The translations under genes and the position numbers were made by a program. DNA of 64,000 nucleotides. It comes from Antedon mediterranea. Its lineage: Eukaryota; Animalia; Echinodermata. Position 1 is the first letter of the stretch, and each line of letters starts with the position of its first letter. The notes under the pieces are model-generated. The model saw nothing but the letters and a program-made list of their open reading frames with translations, made no database searches and was not told where the DNA came from. The stretch is taken from positions 13,534,871 through 13,598,870 of the forward strand of contig NC_092676.1 of assembly GCF_964355755.1 (NCBI RefSeq). The letters are read 5' to 3'. This document shows, piece by piece, positions 47,901 to 59,394 of the stretch.

Positions 47901-50046
47901 ACTAGCGTTAAAATTTTGGGCCATGTATTAGATTCAGAGGGGCTTCACCCAAACCCAGAATTAGTTAAAGCAATAAAATGCGCTCCGGTTCCAGAAAATA
48001 AAGAGCAGGTGAAATCCTTTCTGGGCTTAGCCGGATACTATTCCAAATTTATCAAGAATTATGCAACCCTTGTACAGCCACTAAGGGATATTCAATTAGG
48101 GGAGGAATTTGACTGGAGTGAAAGGGCCAGTGGGGCATTTGCATTGATTAAGCAGAGCATTGTGACATGTCCAGCCCTTGCCTTGTTTGACCCAGAAAGG
48201 GAAGTAATTGTGACGACAGATGGGTCGGGGTATGGAATAGGGGCGGTTCTCACCCAGCTAATCGAAGGGAAGGAAGTAACCATAGCTTTCACATCAAGAA
48301 AGTTAACATGTGCAGAAAGAAAATATTCCACAGGCGAACGTGAAGCCTTGGCATGTGTGTACTCAATTGAGAAATTTCATACGTACCTATGGGGTAGACA
48401 TTTTATACTACGAACCGATCACAAAGCACTGACAACACTGTTAGCATCCAGTGGGAATGGCCACAGACCTATGCGTATAGCTAGATGGGGTGCAAGGCTG
48501 CTAAATTATAACTACACCGTTGAATACAAACCAGGCTCTGATAATGTTGTGGCAGATGGATTATCTCGTCTGCCATTGGAATATGAAGGGGGGTCCTCGG
48601 AACAGAACAATGACATTGCTGCGGTATGTTTAGTAGAGATAGAAGAAGAGTGTTGTATAACCCTAGGACAATTTAAGGCTGAGGTAGATAAAGATGAAAC
48701 CCAACAGAAAGTGATTAAATACATAGAGTCTGGTTGGCCAGAAAGTAAAGATATGTTGGATAGCAACATACTAACTGCCATATTATAAAGTACGGGAGGA
48801 ATTAATAGTATTAGAAAATAGAGTTTACAGAGGTGATAGGGTGGTGGTACCAGACTCCCTAACAGTTCATTTAATTTACAAGGCACATGAGGCTCACCAA
48901 GGGATAATGAGAACTAAGAAAAGATTAAGGCAATTGTATTGGTGGCCAAGAATGGATACCCAGGTAGAAAATATAATTAAACATTGCATTGTGTGTATAG
49001 AACATGATAAAACGATAAAGATTTCAAAAGCTCCAATGACACCCATAGAATACCCATCAATGCCCTGGGAAAAGTTGGGACTAGATATAGTGGGTCCCTG
49101 CGACTTACTACCAAGCCAGTGCAGATTTGCCATTACTTTAATTGATTACCATTCTAAGTGGCCAGAGGTATGTTTTGTACCAAAAGTTACCACACAAGTC
49201 GTAATAGATTTTCTGTCGAGGGTATTTGCTCGGGAGGGCTACCCATTAGAATTGATAACTGATCATGGAGTTCAGTTTGTCAGTTACGAAATGAAACAAT
49301 TTCTGAAACAAAGGGATATTAGGCATTTGCATTCTGCTATTTATCACCCACAGAGTAATGGGGCAGTAGAAAGATTTAACAAAGTGTTAAAACAAACAAT
49401 ACAAACTGCATCATTAGAAGGGAAAGAAGTTAAACAATATGTACAGTCATTTTTATTTGTATATAGAAACACTCCACACTCAACAACAGAGGTGGAACCA
49501 GCACTGCTGTTACATGGACGAAAATTAAGAAACCAGTTAGATATAAAAGGATTGACACCGCCATCAGATGTGGTGGTTGATAAAACTAAACTTAAAGAAC
49601 TAGTAAGGGTTAAACAAGAGAAACAAAAGAAATATTTTGATAATCATAACAGTGTAAAATTACCTGTTGTACAGGAAGGAATGCATGTAAAGGTAAAGAA
49701 AACTGGATATGTACATAAGGGTAGTAGTTCATTTATGGGGCCATTTCGAGTAGTTAAGAAGGTGGGAAATGCGACTTTTGTGTTGAGTAATAGAAAAACA
49801 TATAATATTGAAAGGCTGGCTATTGTAAGCCCTGATTGTAAGAAATGGGCGACGCCATTGAATAAGGTATTGATAGATGATTTTGAAAATGAACAACCAG
49901 AACATGTAAATGTAGATAGATTCATACAAAGAGATGTAGACCAAGTTCCGTATAGAACTAGGTCAGGTAGAGTAGTAAGGAATCCTAGTAGGTACGTTGA
50001 AGAATGTAATTTGTTACAAGGGGGAGATTGTGGTAACGGGAACTAG
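44996..50046 (+). pseudogene. Gypsy B gag-pol (capsid, two zinc knuckles, PR, RT, RNase H, IN), disrupted
   Basis: gag 44996-45678 resumes at 46663 (CFRCGSQRH..C, CRKCSRVGHFQRMC), then VDTAS, LDLKSAY, FIDD, TDHKAL, HEAHQG..C..C and TDHGVQF. Frameshifts at ~47010 and ~48775-48830. Confidence 0.92.
45679..46653. mobile_element. Non-autonomous TAG..CTA element (hAT-like) with a 9-bp TSD, in Gypsy B gag
   Basis: TAGACTTGCCCCAAG / CTGGAGCCCAGACTA. TSD CAATGGTCC at 45670-45678 and 46654-46662. Removing it restores the gag frame. Confidence 0.85.
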
Positions 50047-50490
50047 AGTGGGCGTTGAGGGCAGGTGGTTGAAACACGAGGTTGAGAAAGAAAGTAGACA
50101 ATAAAGTGTTGATTCATAAGACTGTGTTTTCTTGCTCTTATTTAAATTGTGTGGATACTACACAGCTATTTTTGCTATAGCTCGAAAAGCAGTTGTGGTT
50201 GCTACTGATATGCTATTATGCTATTGAAGTCTAAGGGCTAAGTGTTTCACTGCTATAGCAGCTATTTTTGCTATAGCTGGAGAAGCAGTTATGGTTGCTA
50301 TTGATTTGCTTTTATGCTATTGAATTTGAAGGGTTAAGTGTTTCACTGCTATAGCAGCTATTTCTGCTATAGCTCGAAAAGCAGATGTGATTGCTAATGA
50401 TATGCTATTGTGCTATTGAAGTCTAAGGGTTAAGTCTGACTGCGCTATTTGTTTGCTATTATTTGCTATTATTGCTGTATCAGGTATAGC

Positions 50491-51323
50491 AACTGATCAA
50501 AAACTTCATTTGGAAAAGAAAAATTGCGGCAAGAGCAATCACTGGGCGAGGAAGTGTAGAGCAAAACAATTCAACAAAACGACCCAGGACCGACAATACA
50601 ATCAAAAGCGCCCAAACAAAGGGAAACAGTATCGTCGCACACAGGAGATTACAATAGAAGACTCGGATGACCCAACAAATTACGGGTTCGAAGAAGTCAC
50701 CATCCGAGAAATTCAATTCAACGATATCGATGGCAAAAACACCCAACTTGCCACAATAAAACTCTCCACACCGAATGGACAAATGCTCCTTCGAGGCAAA
50801 GTCGATACAGGTGCGCAAGCCAACCTTATCAATTATAAAACCTATACACAGTTGTTTGGGAAACAGTACACGATCAAGAAAACCAACACAATCCTAACTG
50901 GATATGGAGGTAGAAAATTTCAGAACCATGGTGAGATAACGGTTGACACAGAACATAATAGTCACATCGTGAACAAAACTAAATTCCACGTGTCAAGCTA
51001 TGGGAATAAACCTATTCGGACTGAAACTTTGCAAAGCACTGGGAATTGTTAGAATTTTATGCGACAATCAATGCATCGATTGATATGGACACTTTGATGT
51101 TTGCGAGGTGTCGGAAAGAAAAACAGACAAAAAAGAGGAAGTAATCCAACAACACAAAGACATCTTCACAGGCATAGGATGTATGAAAACACCCTATAAA
51201 ATTAAACTATCAAATGAAGCTACACCTGTGGTGAATCCCGTCCGCAAAATGCCGGATGTACTCAAAATACCTCTGAGAAAAGAGCTGGACAGACTGTTAG
51301 ACTTGGACATTATCAGACAGATG
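50491..51323 (+). repeat. 833-bp duplicate of Gypsy A 52764-53596
   Basis: Identical by eye, with the same translated ORFs. Flanked by a 194-bp direct duplication (50299-50492 / 51336-51529). Confidence 0.92.
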
Positions 51324-51479
51324 TTATTATGTTGTTATTGATTTGCTTTTATGCTATTGAATTTGAAGGGTTAAGTGTTTCACTGCTATAGCAGCTATTT
51401 CTGCTATAGCTCGAAAAGCAGATGTGATTGCTAATGATATGCTATTGTGCTATTGAAGTCTAAGGGTTAAGTCTGACTG

Positions 51480-52212
51480 CGCTATTTGTTTGCTATTATT
51501 TGCTATTATTGCTGTATCAGGTATAGCAATTACACAGCTATTTGTTTGCTATTATTTGCTATTATTGCTGTATCAGGTATAGCAATTACACAGCTATTTG
51601 TTTACTATTAATTGCTATTATTGCTGTATCCGGTATAGCAATTACACAGCTATTATTTGCTATTACTGTATTTGCTATTATTGCTGTATCAGGTATAGCA
51701 ATTACACAGCTTTGTTTGCTATTATTGCTGTATCAGGTATAGCAATTACACAGCTATTTGTTTGCTATTATTTGCTATTATTGCTGTATCAGGTATAGCA
51801 ATTACACAGCTATTTGTTTGCTATTAATTGCTATTATTGCTGTATCATGTATAGCAATTACACAGCTATTTGTTTGCTATTATTTGCTATTATTGCTGTA
51901 TAAGGTATAGCAATTACAGCTATTTGTTTGCTATTATTTGCTATTATTGCTGTATAAGGTATAGCAATTACAGCTATTTGTTTACTATTAATTGCTATTA
52001 TTGCTGTATCATGTATAGCAATTACACACCTATTTGTTTGCTATTATTTGCTATTATTGCTGTATAAGGTATAGCAATTACAGCTATTTGTTTACTATTA
52101 ATTGCTATTATTGCTGTATCATGTATAGCAATTACACAGCTATTTGTTTGCTATTCTATTGCTATTTTTGCTGTACCAAGTATAGCATTTACACAGCTAT
52201 TTGTTTGCTATT
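51480..52212. repeat. ~55-bp tandem array GCTATTTGTTTGCTATTATTTGCTATTATTGCTGTATCAGGTATAGCAATTACACA
   Basis: About 13 units. Source of the Cys/Tyr-rich spurious ORFs. Confidence 0.9.
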
Positions 52213-52359
52213 TATTACTATGACCAATCCTGCGCCTTAGTGCCCAACTCATACTGTACTAAAGTTGATTGATCACCAACAACTTGCTGTCAACAAGGAA
52301 TTCCATTCTACTTTGTTTTGACCTAGAAAAAAAGATAACAGTCAAATAAAGCATCAATC

Positions 52360-55300
52360 ATGGCTGAAGCAGAGCCTACAAATCAACCTGTAATAACCCC
52401 TTTAGGACTCCAGAGGGCAACGATGCCCAAAGTGGAATTTGACTCACCAAGTGTACTTGAACAATTTAAACACTTCAAGGAAACAGTTGAAATGGCCTTT
52501 GCAGGGCCCCTATCCACAATACAAGAAGAGCAAAAAGTTAGCTATGTCATGTTGTGGATGGGAGAAAAGGCAATGAAAATCCGACGTGGATGGTCTCTTA
52601 CTGAGCAAGAGAAAAACAACCTCCCGAAACACTGGGAAAAATTTGAAGCGTTTATTCAACCAAAAACAAATTTTAATCTAGCCCGCTGGAACTTTCGAAG
52701 CCTTAAACAAACACAAAAGGAAAGCATAGATGCGTATGTTGCTCGCGTTGAAATTAAAATTAAAACTGATCAAAAACTTCATTTGGAAAAGAAAAATTGC
52801 GGCAAGAGCAATCACTGGGCGAGGAAGTGTAGAGCAAAACAATTCAACAAAACGACCCAGGACCGACAATACAATCAAAAGCGCCCAAACAAAGGGAAAC
52901 AGTATCGTCGCACACAGGAGATTACAATAGAAGACTCGGATGACCCAACAAATTACGGGTTCGAAGAAGTCACCATCCGAGAAATTCAATTCAACGATAT
53001 CGATGGCAAAAACACCCAACTTGCCACAATAAAACTCTCCACACCGAATGGACAAATGCTCCTTCGAGGCAAAGTCGATACAGGTGCGCAAGCCAACCTT
53101 ATCAATTATAAAACCTATACACAGTTGTTTGGGAAACAGTACACGATCAAGAAAACCAACACAATCCTAACTGGATATGGAGGTAGAAAATTTCAGAACC
53201 ATGGTGAGATAACGGTTGACACAGAACATAATAGTCACATCGTGAACAAAACTAAATTCCACGTGTCAAGCTATGGGAATAAACCTATTCGGACTGAAAC
53301 TTTGCAAAGCACTGGGAATTGTTAGAATTTTATGCGACAATCAATGCATCGATTGATATGGACACTTTGATGTTTGCGAGGTGTCGGAAAGAAAAACAGA
53401 CAAAAAAGAGGAAGTAATCCAACAACACAAAGACATCTTCACAGGCATAGGATGTATGAAAACACCCTATAAAATTAAACTATCAAATGAAGCTACACCT
53501 GTGGTGAATCCCGTCCGCAAAATGCCGGATGTACTCAAAATACCTCTGAGAAAAGAGCTGGACAGACTGTTAGACTTGGACATTATCAGACAGATGGACG
53601 AGCCAACAGAATGGGTAAATTCCATAGTCTTAGTTACAAAACCAGATAAAACACTAAGAATCTGTCTTGACCCAAGAAACCTAAATAAATACATCCAACG
53701 ACCTCATCACTACATACAAACCCTCGACGAGGTACTTCCTAGATTAAGTGGATGTCAACATTTCAGTACATTTGATGTACGTAGTGGCTATTGGAATATC
53801 CCGCTACATGAAGACAGTCAAGCACTGACGACATTTAACACTATATATGGAAGATTCTGCTTTAAGCGACTAGCATTTGGACTTTCAAGTTCACAAGATC
53901 TCTTCCAAAGAGAAATGGATGCACTCTTCCAAAATATTCCAAATGTGTATTGCATCGCAGATGATTTATTGGTAGCAGCCGAAACAAGACAAGAACATGA
54001 CAAAGCAGTCACAGACATATTTAGAACCTGTCGAACAAGCGGCATCAAGCTAAATTCTGAAAAGTGTCGTTACCTACAAGATAGTGTAAAATTCTTTGAA
54101 CATATGTTATCCAAAGAGGGCATGCGGCCTGACCCATCAAAGGTTAAGGCAATAAGCAAATTGAAAGCCCCAACCGACAGACAAAAACTGATGTCATTAC
54201 TAGGACTCATAAATTACTTGACAAAATTCTTAAAGCTAGCTCCACTTACCGATCCAATCAGAAGGCTTCTCCAGAAAGACACAGTCTTCAAGTGGACAAA
54301 CACACACGACGATGCACTAACAAAAATAAAAAAGAGAATCCAAGACGCCCCAACACTTGCGTATTTCGATAGCAAAGAGGAGATAACGATCCAATGTGAC
54401 GCATCTCAAAAGGGACTTGGAGCCGTACTGATGCAAAATGACCGACCAGTACACTATGCATCAAAGTCACTAACAAATGCTGAATCAAATTATAGCAACA
54501 TCGAGAGGGAACTACTCGCAGTGGTATGGTCTGTGAAGTATTTTAGAACATATGTGTTTGGGAAACACTTCACAATACATTTCAGACCACCAACCACCGG
54601 AAAGCATCCAAAAGAAAGACCTCTCTAAAATGCCAACGCGTCTACAAAGACTAATGCTACAACTACAAGGATATAATGGCAAGATAAAATACGTACCTGG
54701 AAAACAAGTACCTATAGCAGACTGTCTATCCAGATGCATCGAGACCAAAGGTGAACCCTTCACTTATCCTGACATGAATGTACAAGTCCATGAAGTCACA
54801 AACATGGCACCTTTTGTCATCGACAATATCAGAGAGAAAACTAAAACAGACACTGTCCTACAAGCACTCATTCCATATATAGTAGAGGGATGGCCAACGC
54901 AAAAGAACCAATGCAACAAATTCACGCACGCATACTGGCAGCATCGATCAGAACTGGCCATATATGATGGAATTGTCATCAAAAGACAAAGAATCGTTAT
55001 CCCAACATCCATGAGAAAGAAACTCCTTGGAATACTGCATAAACAGCACCAAGGAATAGAGAAGACCCGCCTCCGTGCGAGACAGAGCTTATATTGGCCT
55101 GGATTGAACGCTGATATAGAGCAAATGACAACGGATTGTGACCTCTGTCAGACATACCAGAGAAATCAAAAGAAGCCACCAATAATCCCAATACACGCCA
55201 ACACGCCAATGCAGCGTATCGGAATCGACTTGTTCGAAATCCAGAACCAAAACTTTCTCATATGTGTCGACTATTACACTGCATACGTCTGGGTTGATAA

Positions 55301-56126
55301 GCTGAGCAGCACAAATAGCAAGGCAGTATACACAAAACTAGACCAAACATTTTCAATGTTCGGATATCCAGAGACGATGATGTCTGACAATGGGCCACAG
55401 CTAGTGAGCAGTGAGTTTGAAGAATATTGCAGACAACATGAAATAATTCATACCACAAGCGCACCATACCACCAATCCGGAAATGGCAGAGCAGAAAGAA
55501 ACATTGGCACTGTAAAACAACTTCTAAAAAAGAGCACACTTACAGACATGAACGAGATACTATGCGTTCTTAGAAACACACCGATTTCAACAGACATCCC
55601 GTCCCCATTCACACTAATGTTCGGACACCGGAATATCAAAACCAACCTACCTGCCATAAATAACACACCAAATTCCGTAGCAAAACAATACGGAGAAAAC
55701 CTTCAAAAAAGAACAGCCGCATACGAAGGACAACCTACGGACACAAGTACATCAATCTACATCGGACAACCATGTAGATTCCAAACGAAACCAAATTCGA
55801 CATGGACACCAGCTACCGTAATCACCCAACACTCACCAAGAAAATATACCGTTCAAACAGCATCCGGATCACAATATACAAGAGACAGAATAAATATCAA
55901 ACCAGATAAACCGAAACCAGTACCACCAGCCACACAAGAAAACAACAAACCACAATTATCTGAAAATCCACCACCGCCACAAAACGTAGAGACACCAAGA
56001 CAAGAACTAACTACTAGTATCAACAAGGATCAAGAACCCCAAACGGAAACAAGAAAATTACCACTATTAGCGATACACGACAGACCAAAACGGATTTGCA
56101 AGCAACCACCAAAACTAAGAGATTGA
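52360..56126 (+). pseudogene. Gypsy A gag-pol, internally deleted and frameshifted
   Basis: gag is shortened around 52750-52795. Motifs KNCGKSNHWARKC, VDTGAQ, FDVRSGYW, IADD, CDAS, HKQHQG..CDLC and SDNGPQ. Frameshifts at ~53285 and ~54582. Confidence 0.92.
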
Positions 56127-57700
56127 ACATTATGAACAATGATATATAGAGGACATTTTTTTTAAATATAGAAATTAGAATATAGAAGAGAATTAATAGC
56201 ATGCTTAAAGTTAATAAAATAAATATCTATAGCATTGTAAACATCGTAACGCAACGATAGATAAACCCCTCATCCAAACAAACTTTAAATAATCCTAGGA
56301 GGGAGATGTTATAATAATACTGCTTTAGTATAGCAACCTATATACTGTATAAAGTAATAAGACACCATAGTCATACCATATAGATTAACCAATCACGAGC
56401 CACCTTAATACTGGTATCACTTTGTACAGTTCAGTTACAGACTTCTTACAATAAAGACTATCCTTATTATACTTGAGAGTTTCTTCATTTATTATCAATA
56501 TATATAACATAACAAGGTCAGTTCATAGTTGAGCTTATTTAGAGGGTTAGATTCAGTTCATAGTTGGGATTATTTAGATGGTTAGGTTCAGTTCATAATT
56601 AAGATTATTGAGAGGGTTAGGTTCGGTTCATAGTTGAGATTATTTAGAGGGTTAGGTTCAGTTCATAGTTGAGATTATTTAGAGGGTTAGGTTCAGTTCA
56701 TAGCTGAGGTTATTTAGAGAATTTGGTTTAGTTGATAATTGAGATTATTTAGAGGGTTAGGTTTAGTTGACAGTTCAAAAATTATTTAAAGGGGTGATTC
56801 AGTTGATACTTGAGATTATTTAGAGGCTTAGGTTCAGTTCATAGATAAGATTATTTAGAGAGTTAGGTTCAGTTCATAGCTGAGGTTATTTAGAGGGTTT
56901 GGTTTAGTTGATAGTTGAGATTATTTAGAGGGTTAAGGTTCAGTTGACAGTTCAAAAATTTTTAAAAGGGGTGATTCAGTTGATTCTTGATATTATTTAG
57001 AGGCTGAGGTTCAGTTCATAGATGATATTATTTAGAGGGTTAGGTTCAGTTGATAGTTGAGATTATTTAGAGAGTTAGGTTCAGTTTATAATATTGTATT
57101 TCGAGAGCTAAAAAATTAAGTTTGCGACCTTTATATAATATTGTTATTAATCATTAATAGTTTGAGCTTAACTTTATTAGGAAATGTACAATCAAATTTA
57201 GGAATATAATTAGTTCTGACATTTCTAAAAAAAAGGGCAAAGTAACATGAAATGAACTTTATCTTTGATTAAACTGAAATTAAAATCTTTGATTTAAATA
57301 ACTTTAAATACTTTAATTTTCAATGGATTTGAAACTGCTCAACATATTTTTGTTTTTCTAAATCACGAAGTGTAATTTTAAAATCCTTAACAAACTTATT
57401 TTCAACTTTTTGATCGTACCAGATGTATCCATACTCCAAAGTCTGTATGCGATTTAACAACTTCCATCTGAAGGTTTTTATAATACAGGTTACCACTTGA
57501 AATGAAATGAAATATTGCATTGAACAAGAGTTTTAGATTGTCAAAAATTATTTATGAAATACTCTAGGAACATTCTATCTATTCCAGGTTATTTTGCCTT
57601 TTTTGGAATTTGGAATGCATGTTTTTTTTCGAATAGGTTAATTTTGGTATTAAGATAATTGTGGTCATCGTACATAATGTTATGCTCATATTTGTTGTTC

Positions 57701-57737
57701 CAAATCAAATCAAATCAAATCAAATCAAATCAAATCA
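57701..57737. repeat. (CAAAT)7 microsatellite
   Basis: Read directly from the sequence. Confidence 0.9.
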
Positions 57738-59394
57738 TTCACTTCCTTTGTGGAACAATAATAACTACCTATTTAAATGATATCTAAGAAAGTTTACTGT
57801 CTGCAATGTCTTCATGTTAATTTCATATCAATCTGTACTTAAAACTAGGTGATGTTTTGTAAATCACCAGTTTACATGAAGAATATTAATGTTCCTGGCC
57901 AAACTATTATGGGTATAAAATAACTATTGGAAAAATAGGTGACTAGCTTAAGAAGTGATGTACTTTCATTCAATGGCATTATGTTATTCTTAACTAATAA
58001 TGGCAATATACTAACTCAATCAGGTACACATAAATTCAAATTACACATCCCTTATTATATTATTTTAAAAGAAATTCTAATTAAGCCCAAAACTGTCCAC
58101 TATATTTCCATTACTATAAAAAAAGATAACTTTATACTGGCAAGATATGACCACCTTCATATAAAACGGCTAACATGTATTACCCCAAAAATAATCTCAA
58201 CTATCAATTAAACCTAACCCTCTAAATAATCCCAAATATCAACTGAACCTATACCCTCTAAATAATCTCAACTGTCAACTGAACCTAACCCTCTAAAGAA
58301 TCTCAACTATGAACTGAACCTAACCCTCTAAATAATCTCAACTATCAACTGAACCTAACCCTCTAAATAATCTTAACTATCAACTGAACCTAACCCTCTA
58401 AATAATCTCAACTATCAACTGAACCTAACCCTCTAAATAATATCAACTATCAACTGAACCTAACCCTCTAAATAATATCAACTATCAACTGAACCTAACC
58501 CTCTAAATAATCTTAACTATCAACTGAACTTAACCCTCTAAACAATCTCAAATATCAACTGAACCTAACCCTCTAAATAATCTCAACTATGAACCCTTTA
58601 AGTATACACAGTTTAAGTGTTTTCAATGTGCAGTGTATCTATATATAACATGTATAATACCCTAAAAAACGTCACTCAAATTAAACATCACTCAAGATGT
58701 AATCCACATCACTAAAAAGCTAACCCTCTAAATAATCTAAACTATCAAATAAACTAACCCTCTAAATAATCTCAACTATCAACTGAACTTAATCCTCTAA
58801 ATAAACCGAACCCTCTAAATAAAACTAACACTCTAAATAATCTCATATGCATCCATACACCTGGCGTGTATAGCCTTAAAAAAACATCACTCCAGATGTA
58901 AACCGCCAAGATATAACCACCTTCATGTAGATCGCCTAACGTGTATACCCTAATAAAAACATCACTCCAAATGTATACCGCCAAGTCCTATCCACCCTAA
59001 TGTAAAACGCATGACGTGTATAGCCTTAACAAAAAAATCACTCCAGATGTAAACGGCCAAGATATAACCACCTTCATGTAGATGGCCTAACATGTATACC
59101 CTAAAAACAACTGTCAACTAAACCTAACCCTCTAAATAATCTTAACTATCAACTGAATCTCCCTCTTAATAATCTCAACTATGAACTGAACCTAACCCTC
59201 TAAATAATCTCAACTATTAACTGAACCTAACCCTCTAAATAATCTCAACTATTAACTGAACCTAACCATTTAAATAACCTCCACTGTGTCAACTTTAAGT
59301 ATACACAGTATATTCACAGTGTATTCAATCAATGTGTATTTAGTGTATCTAATTTTGTAGTTAGTAATAGTAGCATTGTGTAATTGTTATATTA

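Larger units (their letters stand above)
44849..50162 (+). mobile_element. Gypsy LTR retrotransposon B (Mag-like), tRNA-Ser PBS
   Basis: Identical 134-bp LTRs at 44849-44982 and 50029-50162. TSD CAGCT. PBS TGGCGACGAGGATG is complementary to the tRNA-Ser(GCT) 3' end. PPT AAGGGGGAGA. Confidence 0.95.
44634..52242. mobile_element. Satellite-filled TIR element with an 8-bp TSD, in the Gypsy A leader
   Basis: GAGTAAAGCGCAGGATTGGTCAT / ATGACCAATCCTGCGCCTTAGTG. TSD CCCAACTC at 44626-44633 and 52243-52250. ~80-bp and ~55-bp GCTATT arrays inside. Confidence 0.85.
44102..56514 (+). mobile_element. Gypsy LTR retrotransposon A (Mag-like), tRNA-Trp PBS, degenerate
   Basis: LTRs 44102-44309 and 56307-56514 (TG..CA; 4 substitutions and 2 indels by eye). 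TSD AGGTC. PBS TGGTGACCCCGAC at 44310. PPT AGGAGGGAGA. Confidence 0.93.
43800..59330. mobile_element. Foldback element with inverted 35-bp satellite arms (outermost host of the Gypsy nest)
   Basis: Unit TAGTTGAGATTATTTAGAGGGTTAGGTTCAGTTCA at 43890-44100 and 56520-57087, inverted at 58190-58595 and 59110-59290. Outer block ATTGAATACAC...GTGTATACT is mirrored at ~59295-59329. Confidence 0.7.

Noticed and set aside
47138-55666. Antisense ORFs over the Gypsy pol regions
   Set aside because: Shadow frames of coding sequence, with no independent evidence.
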